DNA of 64,000 nucleotides from Aulosira sp. ZfuVER01 (GTDB taxonomy: Bacteria; Cyanobacteriota; Cyanobacteriia; Cyanobacteriales; Nostocaceae), in NCBI GenBank assembly GCA_034530615.2, contig JAVRCV020000039.1, positions 53,863 through 117,862 on the forward strand. Reading direction: 5' to 3'. Shown in pieces: positions 41,227 through 48,500 of this stretch. The notes below the pieces were generated by a model. It worked only from the letters and a program-made list of their open reading frames with translations. It was not told where the DNA came from and searched no databases. Each line of letters begins with the position of its first letter. Within the stretch, counting starts at the first letter, position 1. A program made the position numbers and the translations under genes.

Positions 41227-41383
41227 CGCTTCCTCAAGAAATTTTCCTTAGTTTATCGTTCTTCTCGCCAGTTGCCAAACTTGATTTTATCGTTTGTCAA
41301 TCTTGCCATTAGAAAGCGTAGCTCCTTGGACATGGGCTTCTTGCAGGCTTTGTGGACTGAGATTCGCTCCTTGAAGGTTGGCG

Positions 41384-42433
41384 TTACTCCCTCTCAATCT
41401 GGGTTCTCATCAGCTTTTGTACGCTCACTAAAGCTCGATTTAATTCATAATTCCGCGTATCTGGATTTTGTAAATACGCCTGCTGTTCTTCTTCAATCAT
41501 TTGTACATCTTGAATGACTAACCCATCAAGTAGCTTCTGGGCTGCACCAAATAAACTATCTTTAACAAAGCGGCGAAACCACACAGGTAATTTGTGTAAT
41601 CGCCAAAATGCATTTAATGATGTGAAATGTATTAAATAAGCTTTTGTCTGCGTTTCATTAATTGGACAAAGCAGACAGTAAATTTTAAAATCTTGTCCCA
41701 ATTTTGATGCCCAATGGGGATAAATATAACTTACATCCAAAGGTTCAGGATGTAACCGTCGCAAAGCCGGAAAAAATAACTGGGATATCGACCAAATTTT
41801 ATCGATTTTATAATAACTTTGGGCTGTGTAATGGGCATCTACGCGATTAGCATCTTCATCGATATCTTGTAAAGCTGCTTCTGCCCAAGCTTGCAAATCC
41901 TGATGTAAATGTCCGTGATACATATCCATCAGATTTTCAATTAAATAAGAATAATGAGCCTGACAATTAATCACTGAAACTGTGGCAATGTAATTGAGAT
42001 GTTCCCACTCTGGTAAACCCAGGGGTTCTATAGCTGGTGCTTCATCTCCAGGAAATAGCCAGATAAAACCGTCTTGTTCTTTGACTGGGTAGGATTTAAT
42101 TTTACAACTTGGTAGTTTCTGATTTTCTGCTAGATAGGGAACGGCTGCACATTCACCGGATGCATCGAAGCGCCAACCGTGATAAGCACATTCCAATTCA
42201 TGACCAACAACTTGCCCATGACTGAGTTTAACTTGGCGGTGGGGACAACGGTCTTCTAAAGCGTGGATTGTGCCTGTACTATCTCGATAAAGTGCGATCG
42301 CCTGCTGCCAAAGTACTACACCCACAGGCTTATTAGTTACTTCACTACTACGAGCAACTACATACCAGTGATTTGGGTTAATACCCAACTGACGAATATT
42401 ACGACTTTGCACAGCTTGGGAAATAGAGGACAT
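41384..42433 (-). CDS. Rieske [2Fe-2S] oxygenase (aromatic ring-hydroxylating / VanA-like alpha subunit)
   Basis: CPHR..CAYHGW Rieske motif and ENLMDMYHGHLH mononuclear Fe motif. Confidence 0.9.
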   Translation of the reverse strand: MSSISQAVQSRNIRQLGINPNHWYVVARSSEVTNKPVGVVLWQQAIALYRDSTGTIHALEDRCPHRQVKLSHGQVVGHELECAYHGWRFDASGECAAVPYLAENQKLPSCKIKSYPVKEQDGFIWLFPGDEAPAIEPLGLPEWEHLNYIATVSVINCQAHYSYLIENLMDMYHGHLHQDLQAWAEAALQDIDEDANRVDAHYTAQSYYKIDKIWSISQLFFPALRRLHPEPLDVSYIYPHWASKLGQDFKIYCLLCPINETQTKAYLIHFTSLNAFWRLHKLPVWFRRFVKDSLFGAAQKLLDGLVIQDVQMIEEEQQAYLQNPDTRNYELNRALVSVQKLMRTQIERE

Positions 42434-42811
42434 AGAATCGCGTATTCTTGTAGGCGTCTCAAGTCAATTTGACATGGTTGAAAACCAGACTATCATTTTA
42501 GGAGCTAAAACTACCTGGTTTCGATTAGGTATAATGCTTTGACAGCAGAGTTTTCTTGTGCATAGGCGTCGCTCACGAGATAGTTAATAATGCGATCGCT
42601 ATAAATCATTATTTTTTGTCAGGTGTCTTAGTACTGAGATTACGGCATCATATATTCATCACAATATTTCCAGCGATCGCCTGAAGGTGCGTGACGGTAA
42701 ACAACAATTTTTTTACTGTGTCTCCTCTTCTGCGTATTTTCGCCAATTCAAAAAGGCATCAGATCGTATTACATCTGCATAGGCGATGCCAAAGGCTGGT
42801 TACGCTTACGC

Positions 42812-42951
42812 CATTGCCATTTCTGATACTACAATTGCCATTTCGGACACTACAATTGCCGTTTCAGACACTACAATTGCCATTTCTGATACTACAATTG
42901 CCGTTTCTGATACTACAATTGCCATTTCTGATACTACAATTGCCGTTGTTG
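42812..42951. repeat. 21-bp tandem repeat, about 6.5 copies (ACAATTGCCRTTTCNGAYACT)
   Basis: Directly visible. Confidence 0.9.
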
Positions 42952-42975
42952 ATGTAACTCTTGAATCTGACTCAT
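42934..42975 (-). pseudogene. N-terminal stub of the partner gene (MSQIQELHQQ...), cut by the 21-bp repeat
   Basis: ATGA overlap with the upstream ORF. The frame enters the repeat after about 10 codons and stops. Confidence 0.5.
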
Positions 42976-43235
42976 TTTTCTACAATAAAAGATTGAGGTC
43001 TGCTGAATTCAACCACAATAATGTAGGCGGGAAATTTACCATCTGAAGGATTAGTTTGCTCGATCTTTTGTTTGATTCTAGCTCTAATCCTGCTATTGTC
43101 TGCTTTACGTATACCTGAAACTTCCAACCTCACTTTATTTTGAAATGGAAGTTCACCTGCTGTATCTTCGCTACCCAACCAATAGTCAAATCCAGTACCT
43201 TTGCGCGATCGCTCAATCACTATAAACTTAGTTAC
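42972..43235 (-). pseudogene. 5'-truncated conserved hypothetical gene with a PD-(D/E)xK-like motif
   Basis: VIERSRKGTGFDYWLG..RLEVSGI..AYIIVVEFS is a recognisable C-terminal half. The N-terminus of the ORF looks unrelated. Confidence 0.55.
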
Positions 43236-43292
43236 ATAAACGCACAAGCATTTCTCTAACAGCGTTGTCATCTAGCAAGCAATCTTTTTCTT

Positions 43293-44036
43293 TTATTTAC
43301 CGTTACCTGGTAGTAGAAGTGGAACAATGTCTTTCAAACCTTCAGGTAGCTTAGATAATCTCTCACTTACATTAATCATGCTGTTAGTTTTTATAGCTAT
43401 ATTTATAACTTTTCCCGCCATTTCTCTAGGTTTTTCTAACAGTTGTAACCATTTTACAAATGTTCCTCCTATCACTTCTTCACTTACTTTTGAGAGGCCG
43501 CTTGAGCTTCTGATTTGATAATTGAGAATTACGTCTTCTATTTTTCTAAGTTCATTAATGAGAAAAACCTTCGTATCTTTATCTATTTCTGCCTCCCGAA
43601 TTTCATCTTGCAAATTTCTTATTTGTTGTTGTAATTCTTCTAATTCACTCGGTAAAATCTCATAAAAACCCTTATTCTGGGCTATAATTAAATCTCCACA
43701 AGCATCTATTAAATCTAAAGTCTCTTCTGCTATTTGTCCTTTAATATCTGCCCAATTTGCATTCAGCAGTGGGCTATTTAGAAGAACTATTTGTATTTTA
43801 TTTAGCGGCTTTAAAAATTTTTCTTTATTAGAAATATCTAAGCTATCAATATCATTCCTTAAATTATTAAATAATTCTATTAAATATCCTATTTTTATAG
43901 ATATATCAGCCTGATTAGAAGGGTCTGCTTCCAGCACTTTAGCCCATACTTGCACTATATGTATCTTTCCATCTTCATTCCATGCCTTTTTAAGGATACT
44001 GTAAATTTTTTTACCTGAACTTGTGGATTGCAGCAT
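43293..44036 (-). CDS. Hypothetical AT-rich helical protein
   Basis: 247-aa ORF in the accessory hotspot, with no HIP1 inside it. Confidence 0.75.
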   Translation of the reverse strand: MLQSTSSGKKIYSILKKAWNEDGKIHIVQVWAKVLEADPSNQADISIKIGYLIELFNNLRNDIDSLDISNKEKFLKPLNKIQIVLLNSPLLNANWADIKGQIAEETLDLIDACGDLIIAQNKGFYEILPSELEELQQQIRNLQDEIREAEIDKDTKVFLINELRKIEDVILNYQIRSSSGLSKVSEEVIGGTFVKWLQLLEKPREMAGKVINIAIKTNSMINVSERLSKLPEGLKDIVPLLLPGNGK

Positions 44037-44089
44037 ATAAATAAAGAGCTATTCTAATTTTACTTAGTTGTTATTCTAACTAATTTTTT

Positions 44090-44149
44090 GGCGTTACTGA
44101 AGTATGGGATGATTTTAACAGTTAATTCATCCCGCATTTATGCAACGCC
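44090..44149. mobile_element. 60-bp miniature element with an 8-bp target-site duplication
   Basis: Ends GGCGTTAC..GCAACGCC, flanked by AATTTTTT at 44082-44089 and 44150-44157. Confidence 0.75.
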
Positions 44150-44208
44150 AATTTTTTAAAGGTTCTTTCACATTATTGTTATGGTAGTATGCTCGCTGAC
44201 AATTAGTA

Positions 44209-44386
44209 CTAATTCTCCTCCAATATCAATGTAGACTCAGCCGCACGCCCAAATTCTTCGGGTGCATATTGCAAATGTGCTTCGCACCAGGCCAGAGGAA
44301 TTTACCGGGAGTAACGGAACGTACTAAATAATGCAGGCTATAAACTCCTGGTTCGAGGTGGTCGGCGTAGGCGATAATGCGATCGC
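44209..44386 (-). pseudogene. Displaced copy of the alpha-2-macroglobulin 3' end (HIP1 to stop)
   Basis: Aligns with 45531-45712, with a 1-bp deletion near 44283. Similarity ends at GCGATCGC 44379-44386. Confidence 0.92.
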
Positions 44387-44540
44387 TATTTGTGATTTTT
44401 AGAGCAATAGTGCGATCGCTTTTCTAATTTATTTTGAACTGACTAAAAGCTATATATCAAGTGCATCTAAGTTACTTTACCAAAGCAAAAGTTAAAATTA
44501 GCCTAAAATATCGATAATATGCCCTTCGCACCTAATTTAA

Positions 44541-45356
44541 TTGATGAGCAAGCATACTAGACAAGACTTCTTAGGATTACTGAAAGACCAGGATAATGAT
44601 GTGCGTCGCAGGGCTGCCGAAGCGTTAGGTGAGTTAGGCAATGCTTCCGAGCCAGTATTGCAAGGGCTACTAGCACTACTCAAAGACCAGGATAATGATG
44701 TGCGTAGCAGCGTTGCCTACGTGTTAGTTAAGTTAGGCAATGCTTCTGGGCCAGTATTGCAAGGTCTACTAGGACTGCTTAAAGACCAGGATAATGATGT
44801 GCGTCGCAGGGCTGCCTACGTGTTAGGTAATTTAGGCAATGCTTCTGAGCCAGTATTACAAGGGCTACTAGGACTGCTTAAAGACCAGGATAATGATGTG
44901 CGTGGCAGCGCTGCCAATGCGTTAGGTAAGTTAGGTAATGCTTCCGAGCCAGTATTGCAAGGGCTACTAGCACTACTTAAAGACCAGGATCAATATGTGC
45001 GTAGCAACGCTGCCGAAGCGTTAGGTAAGTTAGGCAATGCTTCCGAACCAGTATTGCAAGGGCTACTAGCACTACTTAAAGACCAAGATCAATATGTGCG
45101 TGCCAATGCTGCCTGCGTTTTAGGTAAATTAGGCAATGCTTTCGAGCCAGTATTGCAAGGGCTACTAGCACTACTTAAAGACCAAGATAATGATGTGCGT
45201 GGCATCGCTACCGAAGTGTTAGGTAAGTTAGGCAATGCTTCCGAGCCAGTATTGCAAGGGCTACTAGCACTACTTAAAGACCAAGATAATGATGTGCGTA
45301 GCAGCGCTGCCTACTTGTTAGGTAAGTTAGGCAATGCTTCCGAGTCATCCACTTAG
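44541..45356 (+). CDS. HEAT/PBS-lyase-like repeat protein, 8 x 33 aa (99-bp units), possibly a fragment
   Basis: Unit LLKDQDxxVRxxAAxxLGxLGNASEPVLQGLLA. The stop codon is supplied by the MITE end at 45353. Confidence 0.8.
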   Translation: MMSKHTRQDFLGLLKDQDNDVRRRAAEALGELGNASEPVLQGLLALLKDQDNDVRSSVAYVLVKLGNASGPVLQGLLGLLKDQDNDVRRRAAYVLGNLGNASEPVLQGLLGLLKDQDNDVRGSAANALGKLGNASEPVLQGLLALLKDQDQYVRSNAAEALGKLGNASEPVLQGLLALLKDQDQYVRANAACVLGKLGNAFEPVLQGLLALLKDQDNDVRGIATEVLGKLGNASEPVLQGLLALLKDQDNDVRSSAAYLLGKLGNASESST

Positions 45357-45460
45357 CACCGTTGCGCGAAATTCAAAATTTAAAATGACGCTCTCTACGA
45401 GACGCTGCGCTAACAAAATTTAAAATGAAGACAGCGTAAGCGTTTCGTTGATTTAGAAAA
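45353..45460. mobile_element. Truncated copy 3 of the CTAGTAC-type MITE with a nested small repeat
   Basis: TTAGCACCGTTGCGCGAAATTCAAAAT resembles the 38037 end. GACGCTCTCTACGAGACGCTGCGCTAAC is nested inside. Confidence 0.55.
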
Positions 45461-45461
45461 C

Positions 45462-45522
45462 AAGTAATGCAAGCTATAAACTCCTGGATCGAGGTGGTAG
45501 GCATAGGCGATAATGCGATCGC
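45462..45522 (-). pseudogene. Second, partial displaced copy of the alpha-2-macroglobulin 3' segment
   Basis: Aligns with 45652-45712 and ends at GCGATCGC 45515-45522, 8 bp from the live gene's stop. Confidence 0.88.
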
Positions 45523-45530
45523 TTTTTTAG

Positions 45531-48500
45531 CTAATTTTTCTCCTCTAGTATCAATGTAGACTCAGCCGCACGCCCAAATTCTTCGGGTGCATATTGCAAA
45601 TGTGCTTCCGCACCAGGCCAGAGGAATTTACCGGGAGTAACCGAACGTACTAAGTAATGTAGGCTATAAACTCCTGGTCCGAGATGGTCAGCGTAGGCGA
45701 TAATGCGATCGCGGTAAATATTTTTAAACCCAAGTTGCCAACTATCGGCTTTTGCTTGCAATGCGGCTGTGGTCGTTTGGAAACTTGCATCTACTGCTTC
45801 TAATCCTGCTGGTAAGGGATCTGTAATTACTACATGATCCACAGGATGGTCGCTAATAATTTCTAAACCAATATCAAATACTTGTCCTGGTGTTAAAGTC
45901 AAGGGTTTATCAGAAGCGTAAAGTCCTAATTTTTGCAGAACTTTTTCTTCACCAACTTTCTGGATTTCTCTTGTGACTCGTAAACCGTTAAACTTTCCTG
46001 GTTGATTTCCTTGCAAGCGATAATTATACGCAACCAGATAATGTAATTTACCTGTACCTGATTTCCGTAATACTAAATCGTGACGACCACGAGGTAATTT
46101 ATCCATTGGTACGTTTAGCTGCAAGCTAGGATTGCTGTAGCCTTCAAAACGATTTTCTCCTAACTTTTTCCCAGCTAATTGTACGAAGGTAACAAAATTA
46201 GGTGGTGTGGGTTGTAGTTGACTATATTCTACTAAAGCTGTGAGTGCTTGGGCGTTGTTATAACTAGTTTGCCATGTGCCATCTCTTCGTTGTGCTAGCA
46301 AACTTTGAAATAATCTATCTACTACTTCGGGTTTAGCTTTGTTAGCAATAAATAACCGTAAAGCTTGCGCTTGCGCTGTTGTCGAAGAACTCATCCATCC
46401 CCAACTCTGAGGTAAACTAATAACTGCTGTGCGACCAGTTTCATAAATATTTTGTTGTAACTGGTTCAGCATGGTTTGGGATTCGTCTTGCCATTCAGGG
46501 AATTGAGATAAATATCGCGCTAGTTTGATTTGATTGACTAAATCAAAGTTATTGCGCTGTTGGTAAATATCTGCTAAGAAACTATTGCGTTTATCACCCA
46601 GTTCTGCTAATGCTATCAAGGCATTTAGTTGCAGTTGATTTTTACAAAGTTGCTGTTTGCAAAAATCATATTGTCCGGGGTTAGCGAGGACTTTTTGCAA
46701 ATAACCCTTGAGGCGTGAAAGCATTCCCGAATTAATTAAACTGGGGAAGGCTTGATTCGCCTTAGCTAAAGATTCTGCTGCGTAGGAAGAAATCCAAGGA
46801 TCGGATTTTTCTTGTTCGGGGTAAGAAGCAAAACCACCATCGGCTACTTGGAGTTTTTGCAGTTGTTCAGTTGCTAGATTTGCTTGTTGGCTGGTGTTGA
46901 ATTCTGCAAATGTCTGTGCATATTTTTGGGAAAGTGTTTGCAAATTCGCCGCAATTATTAATTGACTGGCTGCTGGTTCGGCGAATGGTAATTCGTTATC
47001 GGCTAAAACTTTTTTGGCTGGTGCTTTAATTTCTGGTACTAGAGTACTCGCTAGTTGAATATCTAAGCCTCCCGCATCTGAGAAGGTATTTTTATCAACA
47101 TTTACAAGAATCTTCGCTTGCTTTTCAGTGATTCCTGTTTCCACAACTTGTTCGGTAATTTCCAGCGGCTTAACTTCTAAAGGTACTTCAAAAGCATCGG
47201 CTGTGTTATTTAACTGGGTGGTAAAGCGAACTTTCCCAACTCCTACATTCTCCGCCACCATAGGAAAGCGATAAGCCTGGGTAACGGTTTCGGCTTTGGT
47301 TTGTAAAGCAGCGCTTGTGGGGTTTTTATCAGCAAATTTTACTGTACCGCTAAGTTCGCCGTTAATTGAGAGATTTCCGGTATTTCCAGTGTTGTTGGTG
47401 ACTGATAAACCAGCGAGAATGCGATCGCCTGGACGGGCAAATTGTGGCAGGATGGCATTGGTTAGCAGTGGTTTGGTGGTAATGAATGTGTTGTCACCAT
47501 TGCCAAAGCGCAGATTTCCATCGGTAGTTACAGCCATGACTCGCCAGGTGGTTAAGTCATCGGGGAGTTTAAATGTTATCTGTGCTTTACCGCTAGCATC
47601 TGTCACCACAGAACCATTGTAGTAAGCTAAGGCTTGAAAATCTGTGCGGACGCGGGTATTAGCTGCGCCAGATGAAAAGCCACCGCCGTAACCCCAGCCT
47701 TTGGGTTTGGGGATATCTTGAGGTTGAATGACGACATCGGGACGGTTATCACTGAAACGAGTTGCGATCGCTTGTTCGGCGTATACTGTATTTACCAAAT
47801 CCGGCGGACGATAGCCAGATAGTTGCAATACCGCTTCATTCACCACCATGACTGTAAATTGTCCTTGGGTGGGGATATCTTGATTATCTGTGAGTTCTAG
47901 TTGTACGGTTTCCTCTGCACCAGGTTCGAGTGATGCTTGTAATGGCTTAACTTGCACTTTTAAATATTTATTCTGCAAGTTGACTTTAAAAGGTGCAAAG
48001 CCAATTTTGACTAATTTATCTAAACTTCCCGGTTCCACTTCATTCAGTGGTGCGCCTTGTCTGACTAACACAGCTTGTACTGCTGCATTGGGTAACATTT
48101 CTGGCGTAATTTCAAACTGAATTTGGGGTGCGCCTCCCTTGACTTTGATAGTTTGTTGATAGAGAGGTTTGTCTTTAATGACTGCAAAATATAATTCTGC
48201 TTCTGGATAGGGAGATTGAATTAATGCGGTGGCAATTTCACCAGCTTGAAATTCTTTTTTATCTAGTTTAACTTCTAGCCGGTCTTCTTCTGGAGAACCC
48301 CAGAATACTTGATTGTCTCCTGTCACCCAAATTTGTAAATCTGTGGCGCTTAATTCATCTTTTGTATCGCTAAAATTCGCTCTAATTCTGTAGGAACCTG
48401 ATTCTTTTGGTGTTAAGGTTACTGATTGGGGCTTATCAGCAGATGTAACTTCTGCTTGTCCCACTGTCTTATATTCGACTTGATTTTTTGGTGTGCGGCT

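Noticed and set aside
42812..42951. Possible CRISPR array
   Set aside because: The units are contiguous 21-mers with no unique spacers, and no cas genes are present.
42691..43046. ORF-track ORFs 42691..42957 and 42786..43046
   Set aside because: They are products of the tandem repeat and the HIP1-inserted element, without credible starts.
44541..45356. CRISPR- or DGR-like array in the 99-bp repeats
   Set aside because: The repeats form one in-frame coding ORF. There is no reverse transcriptase, and the variation is not restricted to adenines.
44209..45712. DGR template/variable repeat pair, or attL/attR of a prophage
   Set aside because: Mismatches are not adenine-specific and include indels. 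No RT, integrase or phage genes are in the window.
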